Shown here one piece after another: positions 50,814 through 64,000 of a stretch of 64,000 nt of DNA; the first letter of the stretch is position 1; each line of letters starts with the position of its first letter. The translations under genes and the position numbers were made by a program. This DNA comes from Octopus bimaculoides (Eukaryota): positions 36,711,011 to 36,775,010 of the forward strand of contig NC_068985.1 of assembly GCF_001194135.2 (NCBI RefSeq), read 5' to 3'. Below the pieces are notes generated by a model. That model was not told the DNA's origin. It saw only the letters and a program-made list of their open reading frames with translations, and made no database searches.

Positions 50814-51873
50814 TGATGATGATGATGATGATAGTGATGATGCTGGTTGTTTCCCACAATACCAGCGAGTGGAATAACAAAATCACCCCAAGAGAGCAAT
50901 AATAAAGAAAAAAAAAAGGAATTGAAGAATGATAAAACTACAAGTTCGATTCGACAATTAATCTTTCCTACAAAACAACGTTGGGCGTTGCGGTTAGGTA
51001 TTAGTTAAGCTTTACAAATCAATCTTTCTTCCAACGGTAGGACCACTGCCATCAATTCGTGACTAAGTGCATCGAACCGATGTGAAAGCGGGTGCTAAAC
51101 GGCAAGGAACAGCCTGCTCCATTAGCAGACACTTCTGTCAATGTGCACGACTGAAAGAAGGCTGCGAAATCTTATTCTTAGATAGCGACATTCTAATGAC
51201 GGTGTGATGAATACACTAGTCTGTCCAGGCCACTCATCAGACTAGCTAGCAAATTGCTGCTTTCTAGTCGGGCATTATCATGGAAGCGTGTTGACCTGGC
51301 AAGTAAAATTTTTGTTCATCAATTTGTAATTGTCACCAAAAATATTCTGTTTTTATGTAAATAATTCCATAAAAATTCTCCACGCCACTCCATTCCACAA
51401 ATTATTTCTTCCTTGCAGCATTAGTAGAAAGAAAGGCACGTAACTCAATACAGAATACTAATTCTGCTATTCCACTATCTTGAGACTCTTAACTCTCTAG
51501 CTATGATACAAGCTACACATTTGTAGGGAAAAAGTACAGTGCATTAAATCGACTTTATTACTTTGTAGAGTAAATTTAGAATATTTATTCTATAAATATT
51601 CTATTACTTGTATATTAATTCTATTTAGGTCGGAAGGGTGAAAGGAAATGTTTAATCAAAAACATCAAGGGGCGTAGGTTCCAATTCTGCCATACACTAA
51701 TCTCAAAAGAAAAATTGTTCTGAATGTATATTCGTATTTTAAAGCGACGTTTATATTTAAACAATTGACTGAAAAATGATGAGCTAACCCAGGCCAGAAT
51801 CGAACCCATAAATTAACGCTTGCGCATCCGATTGGGCCAAACGCTCAACCATCAATTTCAGCCAAATTTTATC

Positions 51874-51922
<49 letters not shown>

Positions 51923-51984
51923 AAATTTATACTCCACACGCGCATACATGCATATGAAAGCATGTTTGCATGTATACATATATG

Positions 51985-52145
51985 CATGTACTTGTTGGCA
52001 AAATTGTCAGAGTGTCCGGAGAGAATGTCTTACAATATTCGCTTCAGCTCTGTACTCTCAATTCAATTCCCGTTGAGGTCAATTTTGTTTATCATTTTTT
52101 GGAGTCGATAAATAAAGCACCAGTCCAGTACTTGGGACGATTTCT
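51985..52145 (+). mobile_element. SINE family A, decayed
   Basis: gttggcaaaattgtcagagtg...ctcaattcaattcccgttgaggtcaattttg...gagtcgataaataaagcaccag. Confidence 0.65.
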
Positions 52146-52169
52146 ATGGTCAGAACAAAGGCTTACGAA

Positions 52170-52520
52170 GCTGTTGTATGCTTCAACGAATGGCCCTAAA
52201 TGTGAAATGGCAGAAACATATGACAAACGAATGACTTTATAGAAACCTGCCGAAAGTTAGCGAGAAGATCAGGCAAAGCCGGCTGCGACTGTCTGGTCAC
52301 TGCGCGTGCTACTCTGAACTGGAAACATCCAAATTAGTCATGTGGGACCCACTTCATGGTGATGTAAGAAGAGGAAAATGTCACACTTATATCGACAACT
52401 TGTTCACAGACACTGGCCTGGAATGTAACCAGGACCTTGAGGCAGTGATGTTGAATCGAGAAGTATAGCAGGTGGACTTTGTTGCGATGACTCGGGTTGG
52501 AACCCGGTCATAATAAATAA
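52170..52520 (+). mobile_element. RTE-clade LINE 3' fragment
   Basis: RMALNVKWQKHMTNE*LYRNLPKVSEKIRQSRLRLSGHC...SKLVMWDPLHG...TYIDNLFTDTGL...VMLNREV*, the typical RTE C-terminus, followed by a taataaataat tail. Confidence 0.85.
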
Positions 52521-54537
52521 TAGGGACTATTATTCTTCCTTCCATTCTCTCTGTATTGTACCTGTAATTTATTGCTCCTACAATGCTGCAATCTATCATA
52601 TTGATTCAGTTAAAAATTACTTTAAAAGGGTACATGTATCTGCGAAATACTCAGCCACTTAAACATAAGTTTAGTTAGCAGGAATTTAGTTCGTTCAAAA
52701 ACTGAATATTCATTGTGAAGACATGTATCGTTCGAAATACCAGCTGATATCTGACGCTGTTTAAGCCTTTAGCACTCAGATTAGTCTGTCCAATGTAATA
52801 TTTATTCATATTGTTTTAAATTAAACATGCATTAGCTTGTAGTTTAGAGGTTTCGATGATAGGATTGTTTAGTTTTAGAATGACGTTGTAGGGTTGAAGT
52901 GAGAAGCCAGATCTGGCCAATCTGAACATAAAACAAGTTAAATATTTTGGCCAAGTCACGGTGTTTCAATAAACTTGACATATCTCAGCAGAAAATAGTT
53001 TCAGACATGACATTCGTCAACTAAAGACAGGCTGGTATATAAAATTGCTTTCTACAGTTGAGGATATTGAAAATTTTTTGTGGATATATCTGATTTCCAC
53101 AGTATAAGTGTTAAAAGTAGATTTATCATCGGCTAACGAAGATCTGATTTCCTCCTACGTACAAAATTTAAAATTTCCTGAGATTTATTAATTTTTTTTT
53201 TAAAGTCATGTCCCGTTGTTGTCGAGAATCACTAATAATTACTGCTATGATTTTGTTTTCTGTTCTTCAAGTAAGAGGTAAATTTTAGTTCATTTATAAT
53301 ACTTTTGCACACGTCATTCCGTACAACACCATCTGCATGATTTATCTAAATTCAAGCATTGGTCCAAATGTACGTTACCTGCAGTCAAAATTGTTTGTGA
53401 CATTTTCTATATGACAAAAGTCTAAATTCACGAATCGGACAGTCTTAAGAAAAAAAAATACGGAGTAAAGTCTTATACTAAAGTGTACTTACCAAAATGC
53501 AAAGCAGTAACTTTTAATTTTTAATATTTGATTTATATTTCAAACAAACACCTTTTATAATATTACTTCATATCTTTAAAAAAATACCACTCGATAAATT
53601 CTAGAAATTCTAAATTTTATATCTCTGAAGAGCAGAAAATTTGTCTATAAATGCTTATCAATATAGGATTCCATTAATAGGACAGCGCTTTTGGGAAACG
53701 ATCGTAAGATAATTTTAAACCCAATTCAAAATTTTTAAACTGATATATTTATTATTTTATATTATATATTTATACTTATACATATTTACATATATTTTTA
53801 CATATAGTTTTAATACTACAATTACTCTACACATGTATATATCTTTNNNNNNNNNNNNNNNNNNNNNNNNNNNNNNNNNNNNNNNNNNNNNNNNNNNNNN
53901 NNNNNNNNNNNNNNNNNNNNNNNNNNNNNNNNNNNNNNNNNNNNNNNNNNNNNNNNNNNNNNNNNNNNNNNNNNNNNNNNNNNNNNNNNNNNNNNNNNNN
54001 NNNNNNNNNNNNNNNNNNNNNNNNNNNNNNNNNNNNNNNNNNNNNNNNNNNNNNNNNNNNNNNNNNNNNNNNNNNNNNNNNNNNNNNNNNNNNNNNNNNN
54101 NNNNNNNNNNNNNNNNNNNNNNNNNNNNNNNNNNNNNNNNNNNNNNNNNNNNNNNNNNNNNNNNNNNNNNNNNNNNNNNNNNNNNNNNNNNNNNNNNNNN
54201 NNNNNNNNNNNNNNNNNNNNNNNNNNNNNNNNNNNNNNNNNNNNNNNNNNNNNNNNNNNNNNNNNNNNNNNNNNNNNNNNNNNNNNNNNNNNNNNNNNNN
54301 NNNNNNNNNNNNNNNNNNNNNNNNNNNNNNNNNNNNNNNNNNNNNNNNNNNNNNNNNNNNNNNNNNNNNNNNNNNNNNNNNNNNNNNNNNNNNNNNNNNN
54401 NNNNNNNNNNNNNNNNNNNNNNNNNNNNNNNNNNNNNNNNNNNNNNNNNNNNNNNNNNNNNNNNNNNNNNNNNNNNNNNNNNNNNNNNNNNNNNNNNNNN
54501 NNNNNNNNNNNNNNNNNNNNNNNNNNNNNNNNNNNNN

Positions 54538-54571
<34 letters not shown>

Positions 54572-55351
54572 ACACACAATATCGAACACACGTACAAAAG
54601 GTATGTGTATTGCCAGTTCGTAGGCAGGCTGCGATTTATAGGCACGAGAGAAAATTTTCTCGCTAATATACCTGGTGTAAAAGCACCTAGAAGGTATAGA
54701 CAAGCGAAATAACTCACGCCCGGTACTGTTGTAGGAGTGGTAGACATTAACGTTTCATCATTTTTATGACTTATCAATACCATGTACCAAAAACAAGGCT
54801 AGATTGCTCGCTATGATTATATCGGACAAAGAGAGACAGAGACAGACACAGACACACACAGACACAGACACACGCACACGCACACACACACACACACACA
54901 CACGCACCCCCACACATTCATATATATGTACACATATATATCTATCTATATATATACATATACATATATATACATATAGATAAATAGATGTATACGTAGT
55001 TATACATACATATACATACACATGTATATATCTTTATATATATATNNNNNNNNNNNNNNNNNNNNNNNNNNNNNNNNNNNNNNNNNNNNNNNNNNNNNNN
55101 NNNNNNNNNNNNNNNNNNNNNNNNNNNNNNNNNNNNNNNNNNNNNNNNNNNNNNNNNNNNNNNNNNNNNNNNNNNNNNNNNNNNNNNNNNNNNNNNNNNN
55201 NNNNNNNNNNNNNNNNNNNNNNNNNNNNNNNNNNNNNNNNNNNNNNNNNNNNNNNNNNNNNNNNNNNNNNNNNNNNNNNNNNNNNNNNNNNNNNNNNNNN
55301 NNNNNNNNNNNNNNNNNNNNNNNNNNNNNNNNNNNNNNNNNNNNNNNNNNN

Positions 55352-55548
55352 NNAACACTGGTTGTCAAATTGTAGCGGGGGACAAATACGGCGAGCTTCT
55401 TTCAGTTTCTGCTTATCTAATTCACTCACGTGGCTTTGGTCGGCCTAGGGCAATAGTAGAAAACACTTGTTCGAGGCCACACGGAGTGAGACTGAACCCG
55501 GAACCATGTGGTTGGGAAACAAATTTCTTACCACGTCTGAGCCTATTA
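55352..55548 (-). mobile_element. SINE family B/C fragment
   Basis: cttctttcagtttc...ggctttggtcggcc...gagactgaacccggaaccatgtggttggg. Confidence 0.85.
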
Positions 55549-55603
55549 AATAGTCACGTGTGCGCATATTAAAAAAGAAAGCAGAAACTAGCACTATATA
55601 GAT

Positions 55604-55643
<40 letters not shown>

Positions 55644-58600
55644 AGACACATGTATAAAGGCGTATGTGATAGATAAATCAATGTAAAATCTGCTAACGCT
55701 TTTATTAAGAATCAAAATATTAATTTTTTTCGAGGAAGCTAAATCGTTTATATGATAATATAAAATGTTTGTTTATGCATAAACAAAACTTTGTAATCAA
55801 TAATTATACATGATTATATACTAAAATTATCTTTTAAGCTTTTTAATCATTCAGAAATCTGTCTAATCATACTGTCTACAAGATTTTTCAATAATGCAAA
55901 TATTTATTCATACCATTATTCCTAACTGACGCAGATAACGATTTCTTGCTTTTAAAAGTTCTTGAATTTCATTTTGATTGAATCATATTCCATAAATTTT
56001 CAATAAAGTTTAGGTTTGGAGATTGTTGAGGCGAAAATAATGTCTGAATTTGAAGACGTTGTAGAAATGTTTTGACTAATTAGATAGAATGAACAGAAAA
56101 ATTACTACGCTAGTATTTAGCCAGTTTAGGAAAAAAATAACCATTGTAGAAAGTAGAAAATATTAGTTTTTTTTAACAAAATTTCTTCCATGTAATATAA
56201 TTGTTTCTAAATTAAACCCAAGGGCAATAATTTTGAAGTGGAAAAGCTAAGTCGATTACATCGGCCCCAATACAGAATTGAATACATAGTGATTAAGGCA
56301 ATGCAGTAGACGTTTGACTTGAACTTTCGTGGTTCGGCAAGATAAACGCGTGCGGTGGCCTGGCGGGGATAAAAAAAAAGAATTATAGTTTTTGTGGAAA
56401 AGAATTAGAGCAAGTGGATTGATATATAGAAGAGAAACTGGTGCCTCGTATGTTACAAGGATGGGAGGCTTTATAACAGGAGCGGATATATAATGATTGT
56501 AATAGTTGTAGAAGGAACGCAGAGAAGAAACAACACTTCTGTTGGCAAGTGGTTGTTGTCATTTAATGCAGGTCAGCTTAGAACCGGTTAGACCTATGTT
56601 TGATAACGTTCCATTCGTGACTAATCCATCGTATATTTTATTTTCTAACCTTGAAAAGTAAGCCTGCTCTTTGTGATGCAGTTCCAATGATAATTCGTGT
56701 GTATGCTTTCGTGTTAGGAACGAACGAGGGAAATCGTTTTGGTGCTTATGTTAGAAATCACAATTTTTATCGGGAATGTATATACATTTAAGTTTATTGA
56801 GGAAATTATTGGATCGCGAATGCTTTTATAAAACGATGAATGAATGAATGTCTCAACATACGATCCCTCACTCCACATAAATCTGAGGCATAATGCCTCT
56901 CATAGGAATCACTCTTTATATTTTCACATTTTGTCATTTACAGCTATATTTTCACATTATTTTTTTCTTCGTGTTTTTTGTATCTGTCATTCATACTCTT
57001 ACTGTTGGTTTTTGTGGGTAGGGGACAAGAAAAGAAAAGGGGAATCCGGCTGTTGTCATTTCAAAAATTTTCTGTCCATCTTTTTTTTTTAACCGACATT
57101 TTCTGTTTCTTTTTATACTTCCTTAATCCTTTCCCAGTTTTTCTATATTTTTCTTCTGTTCTGATATTTTATCATCCTTTGAATCCTTTGAAAACGTTTA
57201 CTGATATGGATATTTTCAGTGTAGACAAACTGCTCCACCCCTATTCTTCTTCCTTCTTTCTTCATTTCCTTATCTTATTTATTTATTTTTTTTACTCGCT
57301 TCTTTCTCTTCTGTTCAATCATATTTGTTTATGTATCTCCACATCCTTCCATTTTTCAAAAACTTTTACCTCATATTCTACAGTTTCTATTCCTTTCAGT
57401 TTCATACATTCCTTTCTCATCCATTTCTCACATTTCTCTCTTTATTTTTCATACACATTTTTTTTTCAATATTTCTGAAAACACATTCTATTTGTTTTAC
57501 TTCTTTCTTTCCTCCTTTTTTGCACAGATTTCCATTTTCATTCACTCTGTTCATTTTTTGTTTTTCTTTTCTTCCTTCGTGGGACACCACCCTATCTCTC
57601 TCTATATATAATTTTTAAAAAAAAATTATTTTTTGCTGTTGTTTTATAATCTGTTATTTCATTGCCAACTTACCGTCACCTAAATTCTACTTTATTAAAG
57701 TACCCGATCTATCTTTGTATTCATCTCTGTTAGTCAACGTATTATTGCTTCTTTTCATTCTCCAGCTTCTCATTTCTGACTTTCGCTACTGTTTCTTCCT
57801 CAACACTTTCCGATTCTTTCCTCTTTCCTTCCTGTTATGATATTGTGTCATATTCGTAAATTTTCGTTGATTTTCCTCCTATTTCATCAGGTTCCTCCTG
57901 TCATCATTTTGGTGCCCTCTTCCCTAATTGTGCATCCTTTTCCAGAACTCTTTATCATATATACAATTGCTTGTGATTTGCACATTTTCCTCATATTTTC
58001 TCTACTGTACCTTTCTTACCCTGTCTTTCTCTCCTTTTCTTTCTTTTTCTTTATCTTTGAGCCTATATATATATATGTACACTCTTACATATATATATGG
58101 GCTCAAAATGAATGCATATAGTTTTCATTTAATATGAGCATAGATTGCCATCAATCTGCATTTACGTATATTTATATATATATATATATGCAACATATAT
58201 AACATATAAAAATATAACACACATACATGTACATACGTAAACACATACAGACGCACACACACGTATGTAGATATACACACGGACCCTCTCATTCACATAT
58301 TAATATATATATATATATATTGCATTTCTTCTGCATTTCTCCATTCCCGTCACATTTCCCTTTTCTTATCTGTTCAGAAATGTTTTTTTTTCTCTTCAAA
58401 AGACAAATATTTGCTATCTATCCAATCCTTCCATTTGTTGTTTCTACACTTTTCACAATTTCCTGTTTATAACTATTCCATTCCATCTTCTTTCGTAACG
58501 TTTCGTCACTTCTCTGTCACATTTATCTTTCCCTTCTCTAATTTCAGCCATTAAGAAGAGAAGTATGGGAGGTATCCAAAAGGTAAAGATTTATTTTCTT

Positions 58601-59174
58601 ACCCAAGAAATATTTGTTTTCTTATCCCCGAAGAGACCTGTAAGATAAAGCAAAATTGAGGTCATATCAGTAGACTTCTTATGGCCATAAACATAGCGAT
58701 GCTGAACCAGTTTAAACAAAGAGGAAGTCTTTGACAGAACAAAAGATTCATGTTCGTTTCGAGTTGTTGTTGACACAACTCAAAGACAATGAACAAAGTC
58801 CACGATGACCTAGTATTCTCCTATTTGTAATACTGTTCTCATTTCAATAGTCTGTGGCGAATTAACATGGGCAGTGTTTACGAGAAGCGGACCACATGAG
58901 AAATGGGTCATCATTATGCGAACCGCACTGCTAAACAAATTCAAGGATGTTTTTCATTAGGTGTGCCATTGAAAAAAGTCCCGCCAGCCGTACTATGTAT
59001 TAGAGTATATGACTAAATGCTTCGTAGAAGTTTTTGCTATGAGTTCAAACCCCACTAAGGTCAAATTTGTCCTTCATTTCTTTGGGGTTGGTATTGTTAG
59101 AGTGTCCAACGAGATTCTTCGTGTTATTTGTACTGGCTCCTTACAATCTGAGATCTCATGTAACTGGTAGACTT

Positions 59175-59392
59175 AATCTTTTCTACTCCAGACACAAGGC
59201 CCGAAATTTTGGGGGAGGAGGCCAGTCGATTAGGTCGACCCAGTACACAACTGGTACTTAATTTATCGACCCTGAAAGGATGAAAGGAAAAGTCGACCTC
59301 GGCGGAATTTGAACTCAGAGAGCGTAACGGCAGACGAAATACCGCTAAGCATTTCGCCCGGCGTGCTAACGTTTCTGCCAGCTCGCCGCCTT
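59175..59392 (-). mobile_element. SINE family A, full length, best-preserved copy
   Basis: Clean match from head (aaggcggcgagctggcagaaacgttagc) to tail (ttgtgtctggagtagaaaagatt). Confidence 0.93.
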
Positions 59393-60049
59393 AACCGAAA
59401 AGGAATATTATCATAAGATATCATAACAATCTCATCTTATTTTCAAATACTTCATATTATCTACTGTGTCTTTCCCCTTTTTCTTTTTAGGACAACCGTA
59501 CGTGTGTATGATTTGAGTTGAGATTTGGTTCGAAAACATTTACTGTAGGATTGATGAGAGAATGATGAAATAGTGTTCCGAGAAGATTTAGTTAATCCGA
59601 GTGACCCTCATTAATGAGAGTAGAATGAAAATGTCAAGATAAATAAGGAGCGAACTCGTGCTAAGAAAATATCATACATACTTCTATCAGGACCCGTAAC
59701 GTTCATTTCTTTTCCTTATCATTACGACGAATGTATTTTCTTATACAAGATTATTGGCTCCTTCGCAACTCAGTCTGAAGTTACTTATCACATGAACGTT
59801 ATCCGATTTCAGTAAAACTAACTATAATTCTAAATTTAAAGTTACTGGCTACCGTTTCTTTCAAAAGGTATCACCGTAAAGGGGACCATAGAGACAGATA
59901 CATAGTCGTACATACAGATATACATTAGATTGGATAGCTTATGTTCAGTTCTCTGTAGAAGTGAACAACGGTCTGATGTGGAGGCCATGAATTTGAGCTT
60001 GAGATCAAATTAGTTTGATGAGCAGACTCTGCCATACTGGCTCGACATG

Positions 60050-60238
60050 GCTTGGCAGAGGGGGTGCAGTTTTACTTTCATACTCTTACTCAGGAATAGT
60101 TAAGTCGATTGCATCGATCCCGAAAGAATGAAAGGCAAAGTCGACCTCGGTGGAATTTGAACTCAGAACGTTAGGACGGACGAACTACTGTTAAGCATTT
60201 CGCCCGACATGCTAACGATTCTGCCAGCTCGCCGCCTT
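60050..60238 (-). mobile_element. SINE family A
   Basis: gaaaggcaaagtcgacctcggtggaatttgaactcagaacg...gctaacgattctgccagctcgccgcctt. Confidence 0.88.
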
Positions 60239-60699
60239 ACAGGTATACATAAATACATATATACACACAAACACGCACACACATAGATACACAGACATAC
60301 ACACAAACATGTATATATATATATATATATATTTTCACTAGTCTTCAGCACAGTTTTCATCTTCCAATTTGTCAACCAATTTCACTCGTAAAACACTGGG
60401 CAATAAAAGATACCTGTTTGCGACACCACACCTTAGGACAGAATCCTTGACCACTTGGTCGCGAAGCGAACTTGTTAACTACACTGGCAATACAAATGTT
60501 ATCCCTTTCTCCCTCTGATTGGTCTCTCTTTACACACACACACATACAATCATGTATGTATGTATGCATGTATATGCGTGTGTGTATATGTGTGTGTGCG
60601 TGTGTATGTGCATATCGTTGTGAAGTCTCCTATCGTAGAAGACAAACGATATGTTTATTGTGATCAAACGTCTGTGCTCATTTCCTCCTTGAAATCGAC

Positions 60700-60875
60700 A
60701 TTGCTTGTACAAGTGCACGGTGTGTCGCACGTCAGATGCTGAAGTGATTGCAAAGCAACGTGAATGGTAGGGTTTCGCTCGGAAACAACAACGCACACTC
60801 GGTCCGGGAATCGAAATAACGATCATACGAGTGATCGTGGATGTAACACCAAAACCGTTAGGCTACGCACCCTCA
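60700..60875 (-). mobile_element. Decayed tRNA-derived SINE related to 12810-13067
   Basis: caacgtga...aacaacgcacactcggtccgggaatcgaa parallels caacgtgaaat...aacatacagcctggtccgggaattgaac. Confidence 0.6.
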
Positions 60876-60926
60876 CACTCACACATACGCACGCACACAT
60901 GCACACTCACACATGCCCATGCATGG

Positions 60927-61018
<92 letters not shown>

Positions 61019-61069
61019 GAACAAGAGTGGTGATATGCTCATGTGTTTATTCAATGATTTTTGAATAAA

Positions 61070-61612
61070 CGTGTGAACAAACCTTTCATAGAGGAGGATC
61101 TGCGATAATCTGGAGAAGGGCTATATCTTGGAAATCCGCTGCTCCAATGGTTTCCCTTCATGGCAGAATTAATAGTCAAGACTATATAAGCATTTTATCT
61201 GATCAAATTCATCCTATGGTTGCGGAAATGTTTCCGGAGAGAAATACAATCTTTCAGGATGATAATGCACCAATTCCTACAGCTAAAGTTGTTACTGAAT
61301 GGTACGAGGAACATTATAGTGAAATCGAACATATAATCTGGCCACTACAGTCCCCAGATATCAACATCATTGAACATTTATGTTGCATTTTAGAAAAACC
61401 AAGTAAAGAGTCGATATCCTCCACCATCATCACTGAACTGGAGACTGTTTTAGCTGAAGAATGGACAAAAATTCCTTTGGAAACAATTCAAACTTTGTAC
61501 GAGTCCATACCTCGTAGAATTCTAGCTGTAATTACTGCCAAACGCGGTCCTACCCCATAAAATAAATTTGTTTGAAATTTTAAGGTGTCTCCATTATTTT
61601 GTCCAACGCTTG
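61070..61612 (+). mobile_element. Tc1/mariner transposon 3' remnant, DD36E catalytic spacing, right TIR followed by TA
   Basis: [10 protein letters not shown]...ISWKS, then ORF 61147-61560 with FQDDNAPI...WPLQSPDINIIEHL. D at 61261 and E at 61372 are 36 residues apart. The TIR-like ggtgtctccattattttgtccaacgcttg ends at 61612, followed by ta. Confidence 0.92.
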
Positions 61613-64000
61613 TACATATACGTACAAATATAGAGTGAGTAATAAATGTCGGTTAGCTTGGTTTAATGTACGATTTTAATTCTCGTTCGGAACTGCTTAA
61701 ACGCTGCAGATAACATTTGGTAAATTATATTTGTCACAACTCCCAATTTTCTTTCTCCTGTCGTAAAATTACTCCATTGTTGCTGTTGCTGTTCATATAA
61801 TGAAAATTCATTTAATATTCAAAGGTACTTATCACTCTTCCCGCAAACACGTCTTGGGTTGAAATAACATGATGGAAGACACTGTTCCAAGATACACGCG
61901 GTGGAATCGAACCCGATACTTCACAATTGAGAAGTAACACTTTTAATCATTCGGCAGGCCTGCACCGAAACATAGAAACACACACACACACACACACACA
62001 CACACGATACAAGACAAGGTATTTATTCATGGTTTATATATAATGAGAAACGAAAAATAAAAAAGGTGCAAGAATTATAATTTCGAGTTTAACTATAATT
62101 AAAAAAAAAAATTAAATTGCTTAAAGAAAGTCTTCTTCCCCAACTCTTATGTAAAGTGTCACATCAGATTCAGAAGCGCTAAATGAATGATGCCGATTAG
62201 GCGATCTACAATAAGTCAGAAACATTGATAAGAATATTTCTTCTGAATGCAAATAAATCGCATTATACATTGAGATTTAACTTCAGTAATCGTTGTGTCA
62301 CTATAGGCTAGAAACAAAGCAGGTGATACACTTGCATTTTATAAATGCTTTATAATATAATGGGTTATCAAGCAACATAGTTTTAGGGACGTGTTAATAA
62401 GAAGAATAAATTTATAAATTCGAAGGAATTACCTAACATTTGCCCTGACGAGAATTTCTGATACAAATATGATTTCGTAATTAAAGCTGGTTGGAAGATG
62501 TATATATTTCAGTGTATACAGGAGAATATAATAGAAAGAAAGAAAAAAAAATTCAATTAATCAGTTTAATATGTAGAAAGCTTTTCACAATCTAAAAACT
62601 GGTCAAAATCAACAGAAATTTTGGGGAATTAATTTGCTCATTTCTTATCTCTCCGCTGAGTTTTCAGGAAAGTCGGCCATATTTCAGTCGCTCTAGGTAA
62701 TCCATTTCCATCAATGACATAATAAATAGATTTTTATAAGAAATTTCCACTTTTACAAGTTCAAGTTTAAATAAATGTCTTTGTATATTTACAACTCCCT
62801 ACACTTCAAATCAATTTAATCATTCAAAATAAATAAAATGGATGCTTTGTCTTTCTCTTTCTCGGCATTCAACAAAGAAAAGATATTCAGTTCTCTATAT
62901 CTCTCATGTAATTCTTTTTCTTTTTCTTCATCTATATTGAAGAAACAAATATTTTCTCTCTTACGTTCGCTTAGTTTCTGTCAGTTGAAAGCGAAGTGAG
63001 AGAAGTGATGAAATATCGTCCCTTTTACTTTCTTCCTCGCTTTAATATCTTCTAAGTATTGCTGATTCCAACCTTTACATATTCCTTCACCCATTTTTTC
63101 TCCTTCATATCTTTTAATTGTCTCATTTATTCTACGTCTAACAGACATATGAGCCAAAATACTTTGTTCATATCTTTTACTTTATTTTTATTTTTAGTTT
63201 CAATAAGAAAAAAAAAAAGAAGAGAGTAAGAACACAGAAAACAATATAAAATACACATAAAATAAATATAAAATAAATACGTCATAAAACGATAAAAGCA
63301 ATGAAGACAAGATGGTCATTAATCTAGATTCTGCCTTCTTGATAGATTTGAGTCATTAGAGATTTCTACAAAACAGCAGATACACCCGGCAAGTGGTAAG
63401 ATAACAGTAAGGAAAGCAAAGTAAAAAGTTCGGAAGAATAATGACAGTAACAGCAGTAACAGCAGCAGCAACACCACGAGAAAAAAAAGTAACAGCAACA
63501 TCAGTAGCAGGAGCAGCAGCAGAGTAAACATAATAAAATGAAAAGCAACAGCAGCACCTGCAATTTGGCTCCGTTCCTACCTCAACACAGTGCCAGGCGT
63601 AAAAACAAAACTTCTACGAATGGAACAAACGATTCAGTTAAAAGGGATATACTGGGATATCAGATGTAGTTGAGAACTTGGAGGTATACAGTAAAAATTT
63701 CTCTTGAACCATGAAAATATTGGAACTAAATCAAATAATTCATCTACACTGCTGCACTACACTTAACATATACAACTATGCTATACAATATATAGTGAGT
63801 GTGTAGTACAAAGCAACGAAGGTGCCTCTGCTTGGTCACTCGACCTTTCTAGAAATAACGACCAAATCATCTCTCTAGCCTCAACTACCGACTCAAAAAT
63901 AAGTTGTATTGGATAGTGTAGTATTCTATGCTCGAAAACCAATAGAATTTTCATGGCAGGGATCCTTTGACATTAGGTCAGTTCTATGAGAGATGGGGAT

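Noticed and set aside
52760-52955. Possible piggyBac-like MITE (ttaagcctttagc left end)
   Set aside because: No matching right TIR or TTAA could be seen.

Overview
AT-rich, microsatellite-dense eukaryotic DNA with about 4 kb of N gaps, mostly flanked by microsatellites. The repeat landscape (abundant tRNA-type SINEs, (TA)n/(CA)n/(TATC)n tracts, TTAGGG) suggests an octopus or other coleoid cephalopod short-read assembly; this is inference. I cannot support any host protein-coding gene. Nearly all long ORFs in the track are microsatellite or N-gap artefacts, so the window reads as intronic or intergenic. Recognisable content is a transposon graveyard: dozens of SINE copies (families I label A and B/C, plus others); fragments of CR1, RTE and RLE-type LINEs; several Penelope-like element (PLE) remnants; a Tc1 transposase remnant with DD36E spacing; hAT-, Merlin-like and Helentron-type non-autonomous elements; a foldback palindrome; and a U6 snRNA pseudogene. 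The most interesting signals are hammerhead ribozyme (HHR) motifs. One lies inside a TSD-flanked, tRNA-headed SINE (6381-6727), one is well formed in a PLE-LTR-like segment (27440-27498), and two are decayed remnants. Also notable are a U6-SINE chimera and a TSD-flanked MITE carrying telomeric repeats. All alignments were done by eye, and the boundaries of decayed repeats are approximate.
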